This document shows positions 9,374 through 20,393 of a stretch of 64,000 nt of DNA, in pieces. The notes under the pieces were generated by a model. It ran no database searches, was not told where the DNA came from, and worked only from the letters and a program-made list of their open reading frames with translations. A program made the translations under genes and the position numbers. Source of the DNA: Planctomycetota bacterium. Lineage in GTDB: Bacteria; Planctomycetota; Phycisphaerae; WQYP01. The stretch covers positions 10,483 to 74,482 of the forward strand of contig JAJYDW010000007.1 in assembly GCA_021790385.1 (NCBI GenBank). The letters are read 5' to 3'. Position 1 is the first letter of the stretch, and each line of letters begins with the position of its first letter.

Positions 9374-9820
9374 CTACCGTGTGGGCCTGATTGCATGATC
9401 GGCGGAGCCGTCCGCTGGCCGGGTGCTTGCCGGCTGTGTGGTAAGTTGCGGCGGCAGTTCAATTACATTGACGGGTGTTGGTTGGGCGGTAATGACCGGC
9501 GGCCGCACAGGGCGTGCTGCTGGCGGGTGCGGCAACAAAACGCTGATAACGGTATCGACGTGTGCCGGTTGGCCGGGGTGATTGGGCAAACTGACAACAA
9601 GCAGGGGATGAGGTGTCTGGCTGCCGCTGAGCCTGCTGTCTGAACCACCGAAATTATTCGGAGACCGCAAAGCCGTACCCGGCCCATAGGTGTGCGAGCC
9701 GCACCCCCCAAGGCCAAGCAGCGTCATAAAAAGCGCCGCGCCAAGGGTGATGGAGGAAATAATAGATTCAGCGGGACGATTGTGCATAAAAATTACCTTG
9801 CATCTGGTTTTCATAGTCAA
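9374..9820 (-). CDS. Hypothetical proline-rich lipoprotein (signal peptide with LLGLGGC lipobox)
   Basis: Hydrophobic N-terminus followed by GGC, then a Pro-rich low-complexity tail. Start overlaps the trpB stop (ATGA). Weak. Confidence 0.35.
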   Translation of the reverse strand: MTMKTRCKVIFMHNRPAESIISSITLGAALFMTLLGLGGCGSHTYGPGTALRSPNNFGGSDSRLSGSQTPHPLLVVSLPNHPGQPAHVDTVISVLLPHPPAARPVRPPVITAQPTPVNVIELPPQLTTQPASTRPADGSADHAIRPTR

Positions 9821-11130
9821 GCCGGGGTAGTGGCGGTAAGCGTGAGATCCGCGCCGGTCAGTCGGGCTACTTCCATACAGTCCTTATCTCCGCGTCCGCT
9901 TAAGTTAATCACAAGAATTTTATCTTTGGCCATGCTGCGGGCCTGAGTGATGGCAAAGGCAACGGCATGGGCAGATTCCAGGGCGGGAATTATGCCTTCC
10001 GTGCGGGCCAGGATGCCGAAAGCTTCCAAGGCCTGGGCATCGGAAACGGTGGCATATTTCACCCGGCCGGTATCTTTCCAATAGGAATGTTCCGGGCCGA
10101 CGCCGGGATAATCAAGTCCGGCACTGACGCTATGCACATCCGCGGTTTGGCCGTCCTGATTTTGCAGCACGTAAGACAGGGACCCATGCAAAACGCCGGG
10201 CTGGCCGAAGGTGAGCGATGCGGCGTGCTGGCCGGCATTATTGCCCCGGCCGCCAGCCTCCACACCAATCAGCTTGACGGCAGGATCATCGACAAAGGGG
10301 TAAAACATTCCTGCGGCATTGGAACCGCCGCCCACACAGGCCACAATGGCATCGGGCAGGCGGTGCAGTGTTTCCAGTGCCTGGCGTTTAGTTTCTGTAC
10401 CGATCACACTTTGAAAATCGCGCACAATTTTTGGGAAGGGGTGTGGTCCCACCACAGAACCGATAATGTAATGTGTGTGTTCCACCGAACCCATCCAGTC
10501 GCGCATGGCTTCATTGGTGGCGTCTTTAAGCGTTTTAGCGCCGGTTTCGACGCTGATCACGCGGGCTCCGAGCAGTTTCATGCGAAAAACGTTAAGCGAC
10601 TGGCGACGGATATCTTCCGCGCCCATGTAAACATCACAGGAAAGTCCGAATGCCGCGGCGGCGGTGGCAGTAGCCACACCATGCTGGCCGGCACCTGTTT
10701 CTGCGATAACCCGTTTTTTTTTCATACGTAAGGTCAGCAGCCCCTGGCCGAGGGTATTGTTGATTTTGTGGGCACCGGTATGGGCCAGGTCTTCGCGCTT
10801 AAGATAAATACGGGCACCGCCGGCCATTTCCGTCAACCGACGGGCAAAATACAACGGCGTGGGTCGGCCGGCAAAATCGGCCAGATAAAACGCCAGTTGC
10901 CGGGCAAAGGATGGGTCCTGGCGGGCACGCTCGTATTCCTGAGCCAATTGATGCACGGCGATCATCAGGGTTTCCGGCACGTAGACACCACCATAGGGAC
11001 CAAAATGGCCGACGGAATCGGGGACGTGGCTGGTGGCCGGGGCGGTGATGAGAGAGGCTGCAATTTGGGTTGAGGATAGTCTGGGCATACCAGAATCGAC
11101 CAAGGAAGATGTGATATCGGCAGTTGGCAT
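9817..11130 (-). CDS. trpB: Tryptophan synthase beta chain (TrpB1 type) with an N-terminal extension of about 40 aa
   Basis: [17 protein letters not shown] (PLP lysine), [14 protein letters not shown]; high similarity to canonical TrpB1 throughout. No trpA adjacent. Confidence 0.9.
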   Translation of the reverse strand: MPTADITSSLVDSGMPRLSSTQIAASLITAPATSHVPDSVGHFGPYGGVYVPETLMIAVHQLAQEYERARQDPSFARQLAFYLADFAGRPTPLYFARRLTEMAGGARIYLKREDLAHTGAHKINNTLGQGLLTLRMKKKRVIAETGAGQHGVATATAAAAFGLSCDVYMGAEDIRRQSLNVFRMKLLGARVISVETGAKTLKDATNEAMRDWMGSVEHTHYIIGSVVGPHPFPKIVRDFQSVIGTETKRQALETLHRLPDAIVACVGGGSNAAGMFYPFVDDPAVKLIGVEAGGRGNNAGQHAASLTFGQPGVLHGSLSYVLQNQDGQTADVHSVSAGLDYPGVGPEHSYWKDTGRVKYATVSDAQALEAFGILARTEGIIPALESAHAVAFAITQARSMAKDKILVINLSGRGDKDCMEVARLTGADLTLTATTPA

Positions 11131-11276
11131 AAAATCCTTTTACTCTTTTACTATCATATGGGTGGCTGACGCTGTTTAGCAAGCAGGTGTCAAAAAAACT
11201 GCCAATTTCCGTCGCCGTTTCCATTCTTGCCCTGATTTGGTTGTGATAGTCTCATCGCTCCTGCCAGATGCAAATT

Positions 11277-13079
11277 TCAAGGACTGCGGCGAGAAGTTTT
11301 TTTCGTTGCAGTGGCTTTTGCGGGCACAGGTGCCTGGCTCTTTACATGTGTGGCCTGGGTGGAGGGGGGGACGGCGGTACGGTGCGCTATTTCCAGCAGT
11401 TCCTGGGCTTGGGCCAGGGAAGTGGGGGTGACATCCTTACCGGTAATCATTTCAGCGAGTTCGCGGATGCGTTCCGCTCCTTCCAGGCGGCGAACATAGG
11501 TGAAGCTTTGTTTATTTTCAACGGTTTTGTGGATGGTGATATGCCGATCGGCAAAACTGGCGATTTGCGGCAAATGCGTGATGCACAATACCTGGTGGCC
11601 GCGAGCCAGCCGACAGAGTTTCTCCCCGATAATGGCTCCCATTCGGCCGCCGACATTGGCGTCAATTTCGTCAAACACCAGTACGCTAACGCGGTCGGAG
11701 GTAGCCAAAATAGATTTCAGGGCCAGCATAATACGTGACAATTCGCCGCCGCTGGCAATTTTTCGCAGCGGGGCGGCGGGCTGACCGGGGTTTGGAGCAA
11801 TCATCAATTCTACGGATTCCAACCCCTGCGGTGATCCCTCGGCCTGGGCTGATGGAGTCCTTGAGACCGGGGCGATCCATTCCACCAGGAAGCGAGCTTC
11901 CTTCATGCCCAGGTCTGCCAGTTGCCGGTGGACCAGAGGAATAAGTTTTGTTGCCGCCTGTTGCCGGCCGGCCGAAAGCCGCTGTCCCAATTCAGCGAGT
12001 TGCTTTTTCATTGTGGCCAGTTGGGTGGACAATTCGGAGACATCGGCGTGAGCCTGGCGCAAACGGCTAAGTTCTTCGCCAATGTGGCGGCGATGGCTTA
12101 GCACATCTTCCAGGGTGCCGCCGGCTCCGGCATACTTATGAATAAGCCGATGGATGGTATTGAGGCGATCCGTAGTATCGGCAAGTTCTTCCGGGTTGAG
12201 TTCAAGCCGGTCAATGCGGCGGCGCAGGGCAAATGCGGCTTCGTCCAGGGCGATGGCGGCATCGCGCACCTGGCCGGCTGGCTCGGAAAATTCGCCGTCC
12301 AGTTCGACGAGTTCCAGCAGGATCGTGGCGATGGTTTTGAGGTGGCCGATGACGGCGGCATCATCTTCATAAAGAGCGGCATACGCGGCCTCGGCCTGTG
12401 ATTTTATTTTTTCCACATTGGCTAACATACGTTGGCGGGCTTCCAGTTGTTCTAACTGGATGTCGGGTAAGTCTGCAGCATCAAGTTCTGCAGCCTGAAA
12501 TTCGTAGAGTTCAAGTTGCTGCCGGCGCAGCGCCTGAGAGGCCTCAAGGTTATCCAGTTGCTGCTGAAGTTGGTGTCTTTGAAGCCAGATCTGGGCGAAT
12601 TGGACTGCCAGGGCCGTGGTTTGTCCGAAATCGTCGAGCAAAGCGAGTTGGTTGGCGGGGTTCAGCAGAAACTGGGCATCGTACTGGCCGTGAATATCCG
12701 CGAGGGTTTCGCCTACGGCTTTAAGCATGGTAGCGCTGATGGGATGGCCGCCAATGGAAGCAGATGTGCGGCCGCTGGCAAAAATGCGGCGTACCAGGAG
12801 AACCTCGGCTTCGTCTTCCATTGGCAGATCGGTAAGGGTGGCCAGGCGTCGGCGCAGCATTGGGCTGGCCAGATGAAACACTCCAGTAACGCGGCCTTCC
12901 GTTGCGCCATGCCGGAGCATATCGCCGGCAGAGCGCAAGCCCAACAAAATTTCCAGTGCCCCGATGACCAGGGATTTTCCAGCACCAGTCTGGCCCGTAA
13001 AGCAATTGAGGCCGGCATCAAGTTCCAGCGTGGCATCGGCAATAAGAGCCAGGTTTGATATATGCAATTCGCGAAGCAT
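11277..13079 (-). CDS. recN: DNA repair protein RecN
   Basis: N-terminal MLRELHISNLALI...FTGQTGAGKS (Walker A), long coiled coil, C-terminal SGGELSRIMLAL signature and VLVFDEID Walker B. Start is at the second M of the ORF. Confidence 0.9.
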   Translation of the reverse strand: MLRELHISNLALIADATLELDAGLNCFTGQTGAGKSLVIGALEILLGLRSAGDMLRHGATEGRVTGVFHLASPMLRRRLATLTDLPMEDEAEVLLVRRIFASGRTSASIGGHPISATMLKAVGETLADIHGQYDAQFLLNPANQLALLDDFGQTTALAVQFAQIWLQRHQLQQQLDNLEASQALRRQQLELYEFQAAELDAADLPDIQLEQLEARQRMLANVEKIKSQAEAAYAALYEDDAAVIGHLKTIATILLELVELDGEFSEPAGQVRDAAIALDEAAFALRRRIDRLELNPEELADTTDRLNTIHRLIHKYAGAGGTLEDVLSHRRHIGEELSRLRQAHADVSELSTQLATMKKQLAELGQRLSAGRQQAATKLIPLVHRQLADLGMKEARFLVEWIAPVSRTPSAQAEGSPQGLESVELMIAPNPGQPAAPLRKIASGGELSRIMLALKSILATSDRVSVLVFDEIDANVGGRMGAIIGEKLCRLARGHQVLCITHLPQIASFADRHITIHKTVENKQSFTYVRRLEGAERIRELAEMITGKDVTPTSLAQAQELLEIAHRTAVPPSTQATHVKSQAPVPAKATATKKTSRRSP

Positions 13080-13183
13080 TTGTCCGAATTCCAACAGGGC
13101 CAACAGACCAGGGCGTTCCGGTCAGGGTTGCATTGTTGGACATTGTAATCGGCAAAGGCGAATGGTTCACCGGTGGACCTTTA

Positions 13184-13238
13184 AGGGGCTGTCAGGAAAT
13201 AAAGTGTATGAATACGGCGCAAGCATTTTAGCGGCCGG
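13184..13238 (+). repeat. Roughly 55-nt repeat (AGGGGCTGTCAGGAAATAAAGTGTATGAATACGGCGCAAGCATTTTAGCGGCCGG) homologous to the reverse complement of 5353-5407
   Basis: Seen in sequence: the two copies are near-identical by eye. On the minus strand it places a CTGACA -35-like box about 100 nt upstream of recN. Confidence 0.45.
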
Positions 13239-13254
13239 TTTGATGGCGAATTTT

Positions 13255-13390
13255 GCGGGCAGGATGGTCGCGGTCCCAGGGATGACTATGGCGGACAAGA
13301 TGCCCGCCCCCCTACCAAGCGATTGGCAGACAAGAATGTGGGGTTGCGGACGCGATGCTGCACGGCCACAGGCAAGAATGTCTGTGCTAC
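13255..13390 (+). repeat. Intergenic repeat family, copy A. It ends with the conserved 30-mer CACGGCCACAGGCAAGAATGTCTGTGCTAC.
   Basis: Shares GCGGGCAGGA..GG.CGCG.TCCCAGGGAT...TGGCGG.CAAGAATG...CACGGSCACARRSAAGAATGTCTGTGYTAC with 20620-20700 and, partially, 30050-30104. Confidence 0.5.
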
Positions 13391-13407
13391 ACTGGGGGAC
13401 ATGCAGG

Positions 13408-16329
13408 TTAGCCATGGGGTTCAAAGGGCACCTCAATGGCGAAAATCTGAATTGCGCCGGTGCTGTCTGAATCGTGGCGCAGCATGATGGTATTGTTGCC
13501 CGCGGCCAGCGGCAATTTTAGCGCGATAGTTCGTCCCACGCCCGGCCGAGGTGCGGCGGAAACCTTGAGTTTGGCCGTCTGTCGGCCATTGACATAAACG
13601 TTGAGTGTACCGGCCTGATGGGCATGGACATTGGCAGCGCGAATTTTCACGGCATAACGACCGCGGTGGCTGCGCCGCAGATAAAAGCTGGCACCGGATT
13701 CCGGTATGTTGAGGCGCGAAATATGGGCAACTTGGCCGGCCAAGCCATGTACCAACAAGGCTCGCCGATCTGGGGAGGGACCCATGAGAGACGCCTCGGA
13801 GAGAGAAAGACTTTCAACCTGCGGCAGCGTGGTCTGGTGGCCATGAAGATCGACGGTGATGGCGACACCCGCCGGTAGATGAACGCTGGTAACACCGCCA
13901 AAAACATCCCGCGAGACGCGGACTGTATCCGCGGCCGCAGCGTGGCCGTTTACGTATACATTGGTTGCTGCCTGGCCATGCACGCGCACAACGAAGTGCC
14001 GCACGGTGGAAATATAGGTGCCCTGTGGGGCCGAGATTGCAACATGGGTGTGTTGTCCGTGGCGGTGCGTGCTGATGACCTGCTTATGAAATCGGCCATG
14101 CTGATAATCAAAAGAATCTCCATCATCTTCATAAAAGACGCCTTGGGTAGATTGTCTGGAGGGGAAAATATCAAGATAGGCCACCGTTGGCCGGGCGGTG
14201 TGCAGTGCCGGCACGGGATCAAAGGTGGGAATAATGGCACCATCTTTAATAAAAAGAGGAATATCCATCCAGGAATCGGTGTTGAGGGGATAATCGAGCC
14301 ACTGGCCGCCGCGATAGCGTGTGCCACGGAAGTAATCAATCCAGATATTACCGTCGGGCAGATAGACGCGCCGGGTAGAGCTTTGTTCGAGGGAAGAAAG
14401 CACCGGTGCTGCCAGCAGGTAGTCCCCGAACATCCATTGATTGCTCAAATCAGCCACCTGGGAATCGTGGGGATAATCAAAAAGCAGGGGCCGGACCAGA
14501 CCGATGCCGGTTTGAGTACAGGCGATATGATCAGCGGCGTACGTATATGGGAACAGGGCATAGCGGAGGCGCATGGCCTGCTTGGCGGTTTCGCAGGCCT
14601 GGGTACCATAAACCCATGGCTGGCGGCGCTGGCCGAGCGTGCAATGCACCCGGAAAATGGGACACAGCGCACTGAATTGGAGCCAGCGGGCGTAATTCTG
14701 ATCTGAAGGGTGGCCCTCAAAGCCACCGGAATCCATACCCCAGCGCATCTGTCCGAGATTGATCATGGTCAACATGCGGAGGGTTTGCAGCGCCATGGAG
14801 TCAAATCCGGTGGGGATATCGCCGGACCAGGTGGCGTAGCCGTAGCGCTGGGATCCGAGGTAGAAATTACGGTTGAGGGACCACACTCGCCGGTTAGGCC
14901 GATCGCGCCGCTGCCCCTCATACAAAGCCTGCTGCATGTGGAGAAATTCAAAGTTACCGAGCTGTCCATAATCGGCTTCATCATTCCAGAAGCCGACGAT
15001 ACCGCGCTGCATACAACCGTGGGACCAGGTGGCATTCCAATACCAGCGGCGGCACTTTTCCATGTAGAAATTAACATCAATGGAATAGAGATGAGAAAAA
15101 TAATCTTTGAATGGCTTTTCACCCGGGAACCAGATACCTAGACGGCGTGATTCGGCCCCCTGGGTGGTAAGGGGTTGCAGATGTCCTTTGCGGGTACTGA
15201 GAATAATGCGAGGTTTCATGATACCGGTAATTTTGCAATTTAGATTGGAGGTCCAGGAAAGCAGGCTTTCGGGATTGTCCGGGGGCAGCAGTGCCTGGCT
15301 GTATTTCACGGGGTTCCAGCGGAATTCGCCGTAGTGATTGGCTCCCCAATCCTTCCAGTCAAAATCAAGGGTGAAATTATCAATGGGAATATCTTTGGCC
15401 CGGTAGGTGGTAAGATAATGGCGCAACAGATGCTGATCGGTGCCCCACTGGGAATTGGTAAAACCATAGGCCCAGCGTGGAAACATGGGCATAAAGCCGG
15501 TAATTTCGGCCACGCTGCGGAAGATATCGCGTGGGCTTCCGACCAGAATGAAAAGGGTAAGGGAGTTGGGGCGGTGGTACCGGCAACCATAATCGTCAAG
15601 CGATTCGTTGCCGTAATTGAAGGCGACGCGGTTTGGCCCCATCATGAAAAATCCCCCATCGCTATCCACCAGCAGGCCGTAACCGTCGGTGGTCCAGATA
15701 AAAGGTGCGCCGCCGCCGCCTTCGACACCGGCATCCACCTGGTAGGTGCCGTCGGGCATGCCTGTGCCATTGCGCAGCATGGAACTGCCCATAGAGTATT
15801 TTTTACCGTCCCACCCGGGCATGGCAATGCAACTGATTCCGTAAAACCTGGTTCCCTGATTGCACTGGAAGGCAAAACCGGTCAGACCGGTCTGCCGTGG
15901 ATGCACGTACAAACTTGGCCCTTTGTGCGGGCGCAGTAAATATCTGCCGGTGGCATCGCAGAGGGTGAGGCCCGCAGTGGCCCGTGCAAGGTCCAGGGCC
16001 AAGGCCGCGGTTTTGATCTGCAGCTTTTCGGCCCCGACATGTACCTGCGCCCGGGCATCGCCGGGAAAATGGGCGTGCGGATCCAGCAGCGGTGTGGCGG
16101 GATCGTGGTGTCCGCGGTACAGCAGATCCAGCCGTACGATATGCGGCGAGAGCACGGTGGCCCGGAGAACATTTTTGCCCCAATGAGCCACGAGCACGCG
16201 GTTGTCAACCCAGGCCCGGTCGATGCCGACGGACGGGGCAGCGGCGAGGCAGGTTGAGGCACCGGCCCATACCGATCCGGCAGCGGCGGCGGCAGTGCTT
16301 CTAAGGATAAATTCTCTACGATCAAGCAT
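13408..16329 (-). CDS. Glycoside hydrolase family 31 (alpha-glucosidase or alpha-xylosidase), Tat-signal exported
   Basis: Twin-arginine signal MLDRREFILRSTAAAAAGS. GH31 catalytic region GFWNDEADYG...YATWSGDIPTGFDSMA. About 970 aa with extra C-terminal beta domains. The start is placed at the ATG of MLDRREF. Confidence 0.8.
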   Translation of the reverse strand: MLDRREFILRSTAAAAAGSVWAGASTCLAAAPSVGIDRAWVDNRVLVAHWGKNVLRATVLSPHIVRLDLLYRGHHDPATPLLDPHAHFPGDARAQVHVGAEKLQIKTAALALDLARATAGLTLCDATGRYLLRPHKGPSLYVHPRQTGLTGFAFQCNQGTRFYGISCIAMPGWDGKKYSMGSSMLRNGTGMPDGTYQVDAGVEGGGGAPFIWTTDGYGLLVDSDGGFFMMGPNRVAFNYGNESLDDYGCRYHRPNSLTLFILVGSPRDIFRSVAEITGFMPMFPRWAYGFTNSQWGTDQHLLRHYLTTYRAKDIPIDNFTLDFDWKDWGANHYGEFRWNPVKYSQALLPPDNPESLLSWTSNLNCKITGIMKPRIILSTRKGHLQPLTTQGAESRRLGIWFPGEKPFKDYFSHLYSIDVNFYMEKCRRWYWNATWSHGCMQRGIVGFWNDEADYGQLGNFEFLHMQQALYEGQRRDRPNRRVWSLNRNFYLGSQRYGYATWSGDIPTGFDSMALQTLRMLTMINLGQMRWGMDSGGFEGHPSDQNYARWLQFSALCPIFRVHCTLGQRRQPWVYGTQACETAKQAMRLRYALFPYTYAADHIACTQTGIGLVRPLLFDYPHDSQVADLSNQWMFGDYLLAAPVLSSLEQSSTRRVYLPDGNIWIDYFRGTRYRGGQWLDYPLNTDSWMDIPLFIKDGAIIPTFDPVPALHTARPTVAYLDIFPSRQSTQGVFYEDDGDSFDYQHGRFHKQVISTHRHGQHTHVAISAPQGTYISTVRHFVVRVHGQAATNVYVNGHAAAADTVRVSRDVFGGVTSVHLPAGVAITVDLHGHQTTLPQVESLSLSEASLMGPSPDRRALLVHGLAGQVAHISRLNIPESGASFYLRRSHRGRYAVKIRAANVHAHQAGTLNVYVNGRQTAKLKVSAAPRPGVGRTIALKLPLAAGNNTIMLRHDSDSTGAIQIFAIEVPFEPHG

Positions 16330-16361
16330 GGTGGGGTCTCCTGCAATATAAGCACACATTT

Positions 16362-19118
16362 CTAGTGAGAAAAACCGGCTTGGAATTGACCACGGCGATA
16401 GCGGGCCAGGAGCATGGCCTGCCATGGCTTTAAGGTCAGCCGCAGTGATTTGGCTTGGGTATTAATCAATAAACCGTGACGTATACGTACCAATATGGGC
16501 CGGGCGTCGGAATCTTTCACCGGAGGCAGCAAGAGTTTGCAATACCGCGGGGAAAGGTAGTTGAGCAGGTGGTGGCCGCGATCGAAATGAAAGACTGGGA
16601 TTTCAATGTGTACCGTTGCGGCGCTGCGATTGACTACAAGATAAACATGGTTATGGCCGAGGGAGCGGTAACAGGCAAACACGCGCCGATGGCCTACAAC
16701 GCGGAGCCGGCCCCAGGAACCGATCTGCAAAGCGGGCAACTGCCGTCGGGCCGCAATGGCCCGGCGGTAAAAATGCAGCAGAGGCGTGTTGACGGTTAAG
16801 GCCGGATTGTCATAAGGCTGGAGATCTTTCCAGATCATGGGCTGGCGGTTGGCTGGATCACTGGCACCCCACATTCCCACCTCATCGCCGTACCAGATCA
16901 TGGGCGCACCGGCAAAGGCCATCTGAAAGGCGACCACTTCTTTGAGCCGCGTGTATGCCTCCGCGGTTGGTTTAGCAGTACTGTAATGAGGGTTGCTGTC
17001 CTGCAGGCGGTCTGCACCGTTAAAGGGCAAATTGGGGTTCATGAAGCGAGAAATAAAGCGATCGGTATCCTGGCTGTTGAGCAAATTCTGATTGACCAGA
17101 TCCACTTGATAAGGGTAATAACTGAGAATTTGGGACAGGTGCGAGGCAAACTGTCGACTGGAGAGGCCCCGCCCGCCGCTGCTTATGGTGTCTGCAAAGT
17201 ATTTGGTGGCAGCCTGGGCAAATGGGTAATTCATGACGCCATCAAATTGATTGCCGCGGTTGAGCCACGCCTGGGCCGGGGTCCAAATTTCTCCGATGAT
17301 CAGGGCGTGTGGATTAATGGATTTGACGAGTCGACGCCAGGCAATCCAGAAGCGGTGCGGCACATCCGGGGCGGTATCGAGCCGAAAGCCATCCACACCA
17401 TTTTTGACGTTGCCGTTGGGAGCCAACCAGCGTCGGGTGGCGGCAAAAAGGTAGTTGCGGACGCCACGCTGGAGGCCATAGCGTATGCTGCGGGCAAAAA
17501 CGGGCATGGCACCGTTGGGCTTATCCCAAGCCTGGTATTGCACAGGCGGCCCCCAACTGGTGATGTCAAACCATTTGGCGTAGGGTGATTTTCGACCGTA
17601 CTTAAGGACATTTTGAAAGGGAGGAAAATCGACGCCGCAATGGCCAAACGGCACGTCCATAATTACTTTGAAGCCCTGACGGTGCGCAGCGGCCACCATA
17701 GCCAGAAAAACTTTATCTGAAGCAGACCACTGCCAGGTTGAGGGATTACGGGTATGCTCGCCTTTGATTTTAGCCAGCGATCCCTTGACGCCGAAGCCAT
17801 CATCAATATGGATGAAACTGGACGGATCATATTTATGCACACTGGGGGCTTGAAAAACCGGGGTAAGATAAAGGGCATTAACGCCCAGGTGCCGCAAGTA
17901 AGGCAGTTCCTGCTGGATGCCCTGAATATCGCCGCCGTAGAAGCGATTGTAGACATAACTGTAGAAGTTGCCTTTTTCACCGGCCGGGCGGTATGGCCTG
18001 TTCCAATTCCACCGCCAGGGGATGTGATGGCCGGGATCGTTGGCCCGACTGCCATTGCGAAAACGATCGGGAAAAATTTCGTACCAGACGGCTTTTTTGG
18101 CCCAGTGCGGCGTAACCACGCGGGCCTGCATTGGAGAATCATAAGCGTGAGCACGGGCCGCGTGCGCGGAAGCATAGAGATAACCACGGGCTAAAAAGAC
18201 CCGGTCGGTGCCGTGAACAAGCTGAAAATAATAGCTTACCGTTGGGCCGTGCACCGGAATTACGTTGGCCCAGGTGGTGGCACCGGCATGGTTTTCCACC
18301 ACGTGCAATCCTATGGACCCAGGATGCGGTCCCGGCAGAATCACACGCACATGGCTTAAGCCGCCAGTTTGGGCCCGCAGTACCAGACGCACATCGTGGT
18401 GGGCAATTACATCAAATTCACGGGTATTGGCGGTACGGAAGGAAATGGCTTGAGGATTGATACGATTGGCCAACGGCGGCGAAAGTTTGAGCCAAGGGGA
18501 AACCACGTCTATGCACGAATTAAAACCACCCATGCCGTTGGACACACGTTTGGCTGCATGCGGATCGGTAATCCACTGATGGTGGTTGAGGACAAATTTG
18601 TACTGGTGAACTCCGGGGGAGAGCCGAAGGGAGGCAATCCAACGATTTGCGTGGCGCAACATAGGATTGGCGCTAACGGACCAGGAATTAAAATCCCCGG
18701 CGACGCAGAGAGCTTTTATAGTGCCGGCAGACGCCAGCGAGGCAGGTTGGTAGGAGAATGTAACACGCACCAGACGGGGTGGAGCACTGATGGCGGCAAT
18801 CGGCGGGCTTGGTACCGGGCGCTTGGCGCAGCTCGCCAGCGCCAGCCCGAACAGCAGGAGTGAAGCAACAAGTAGCCCCCAGAAAAAAGATAGCCGCCAG
18901 GATGCCCGCCTGAACAACGGTTGCGGGCGGCCAAGGCTAACCAACAAGCCCCATTTTGCCCGCTGTTGCACTCTATCTGCCTCCACAAGTGAGATGGATT
19001 GTGGCCTTGGCGATGACTTGTTATCCATTCGGAAAAACCCTTGTAATGATTGGCACATGGCCGCTGAGTTTGCGCAAAAGTGTCCGATGATCAGGCACAT
19101 CTGACCACAGCCAATCAA
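16362..19118 (-). CDS. GH13 alpha-amylase-family enzyme with an N-terminal CBM48/E-set glycogen-binding module (pullulanase, neopullulanase or glycogen-debranching type)
   Basis: CBM48-like CVAGDFNSWSV...HQYKFVLNHHQWITDP. GH13 regions YLTPVFQAPSVHKYD, GFRLDTAPDVPHRFW, IIGEIW and FAGAPMIWYGDEVGMW. Signal peptide with a possible LALASC lipobox. The true start is probably at an internal Met. Confidence 0.8.
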   Translation of the reverse strand: MIGCGQMCLIIGHFCANSAAMCQSLQGFFRMDNKSSPRPQSISLVEADRVQQRAKWGLLVSLGRPQPLFRRASWRLSFFWGLLVASLLLFGLALASCAKRPVPSPPIAAISAPPRLVRVTFSYQPASLASAGTIKALCVAGDFNSWSVSANPMLRHANRWIASLRLSPGVHQYKFVLNHHQWITDPHAAKRVSNGMGGFNSCIDVVSPWLKLSPPLANRINPQAISFRTANTREFDVIAHHDVRLVLRAQTGGLSHVRVILPGPHPGSIGLHVVENHAGATTWANVIPVHGPTVSYYFQLVHGTDRVFLARGYLYASAHAARAHAYDSPMQARVVTPHWAKKAVWYEIFPDRFRNGSRANDPGHHIPWRWNWNRPYRPAGEKGNFYSYVYNRFYGGDIQGIQQELPYLRHLGVNALYLTPVFQAPSVHKYDPSSFIHIDDGFGVKGSLAKIKGEHTRNPSTWQWSASDKVFLAMVAAAHRQGFKVIMDVPFGHCGVDFPPFQNVLKYGRKSPYAKWFDITSWGPPVQYQAWDKPNGAMPVFARSIRYGLQRGVRNYLFAATRRWLAPNGNVKNGVDGFRLDTAPDVPHRFWIAWRRLVKSINPHALIIGEIWTPAQAWLNRGNQFDGVMNYPFAQAATKYFADTISSGGRGLSSRQFASHLSQILSYYPYQVDLVNQNLLNSQDTDRFISRFMNPNLPFNGADRLQDSNPHYSTAKPTAEAYTRLKEVVAFQMAFAGAPMIWYGDEVGMWGASDPANRQPMIWKDLQPYDNPALTVNTPLLHFYRRAIAARRQLPALQIGSWGRLRVVGHRRVFACYRSLGHNHVYLVVNRSAATVHIEIPVFHFDRGHHLLNYLSPRYCKLLLPPVKDSDARPILVRIRHGLLINTQAKSLRLTLKPWQAMLLARYRRGQFQAGFSH

Positions 19119-19184
19119 TCCGGCATTATGCCGCAGCCGAGGCGTATATCAGCAGATCGCTGCCCTGGCTAGAGCCGGTTCATG

Positions 19185-20393
19185 CTAGCTGCGCAGGCTG
19201 CGCATCATGCCGGTGGATTCCCGCAATACCAGGTGCGTGGGCAATACCTCAGCTACATGTTCCACCTTGCCGCGAATGCGTTCCACCAATTTTTCGCAGG
19301 CTAAAACCCCCAGTTCATACAGGGGCAGATGCACGGTGGTTAGACTGGGGTTGGCGTAGGCCAGATGCTGAATATCATCAAACCCGACGACTGAAACATC
19401 ATCCGGTACCCGGTGTCCATGGGTGGTGAGGTAGCGGATGGCACCCAAGGCCATTTTGTCATTGCCGCACAAGAGTGCGGAAATTTGGGGATCACGGGAG
19501 AGCAGAATGCGAGTCGCTTCCGCCCCACCCTCATCGGTAAAACAACCATCCACCAGCCAGTGTTCCGATGGAGTTATTCCCGCGGCCACCAGGCTGGAAG
19601 TATAGGTTTCCACAACATCACGGGCGGTGGGGCTTTCCGGAGCGGCGTAGACCATGCCGATGCTGCGATGTCCAAGCTGTAAAAGACAGTTCATAGCCTG
19701 CTGGGCACCGAGGCGATAATCGCAATGGACATAATCCAGCAGGTTATCGCCAAAGCGGTTGTCTACCAGAATCATGGGATAACGCCGGGCGGCGAAGTCT
19801 GATAAAAAGCTGTGCTTTTCATTAAAGCCCAGGCAAAGCACACCATCCACGAACCGGCGTTCATATAATTCGAGATGTTTTCCCTCTTTGACAAATTGAG
19901 GTTTGGCCTGCTCGATGAGCAATTTATGGCCGAGTTTGCCGGCGCGATCGGCGATTCCACTGAGTATTTCTCCAAAGTAGGCATCGGCAAAGGCGTGCCG
20001 AAGCGGGGGCAGCATAACGGCAACCACCTGGGTGTACCTCCCGGAAAGACTCTGGGCGAGCCGATTGGGACGGTAGCCCATTTTGTCGATCATCTTCTGG
20101 ACTTTAATATGCGTAGAGCGGCTGATGCGCGGGCTGGCATTGAGCACCATGGAGACTGTGGCCACGGAAACTCCCGCTTGCCGGGCTACCTCGCGGATGT
20201 TGACTTTTTCCGGGACTTTTTCTTCCACAGCGGCATTATTAAACCGCACGGTTATTTCTTTGGAAGCCTCGCGGCTGGGCGCAAAAGCATCCGCAGATTT
20301 GCTTTCCGGAGAAGAATTAAGCGGTGGCGTGGGCACGACGTATAATCTCCAAAATGGGTCCAATTCCCAACCGTTGTTAAAACAGTTTACCAT
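19185..20393 (-). CDS. LacI-family transcriptional regulator
   Basis: HTH VNIREVARQAGVSVATVSMVLN followed by a periplasmic-binding-protein-like sugar-binding core. The 90-aa N-terminal extension in the ORF track is probably non-coding; a GTG internal start is likely. Confidence 0.85.
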   Translation of the reverse strand: MVNCFNNGWELDPFWRLYVVPTPPLNSSPESKSADAFAPSREASKEITVRFNNAAVEEKVPEKVNIREVARQAGVSVATVSMVLNASPRISRSTHIKVQKMIDKMGYRPNRLAQSLSGRYTQVVAVMLPPLRHAFADAYFGEILSGIADRAGKLGHKLLIEQAKPQFVKEGKHLELYERRFVDGVLCLGFNEKHSFLSDFAARRYPMILVDNRFGDNLLDYVHCDYRLGAQQAMNCLLQLGHRSIGMVYAAPESPTARDVVETYTSSLVAAGITPSEHWLVDGCFTDEGGAEATRILLSRDPQISALLCGNDKMALGAIRYLTTHGHRVPDDVSVVGFDDIQHLAYANPSLTTVHLPLYELGVLACEKLVERIRGKVEHVAEVLPTHLVLRESTGMMRSLRS

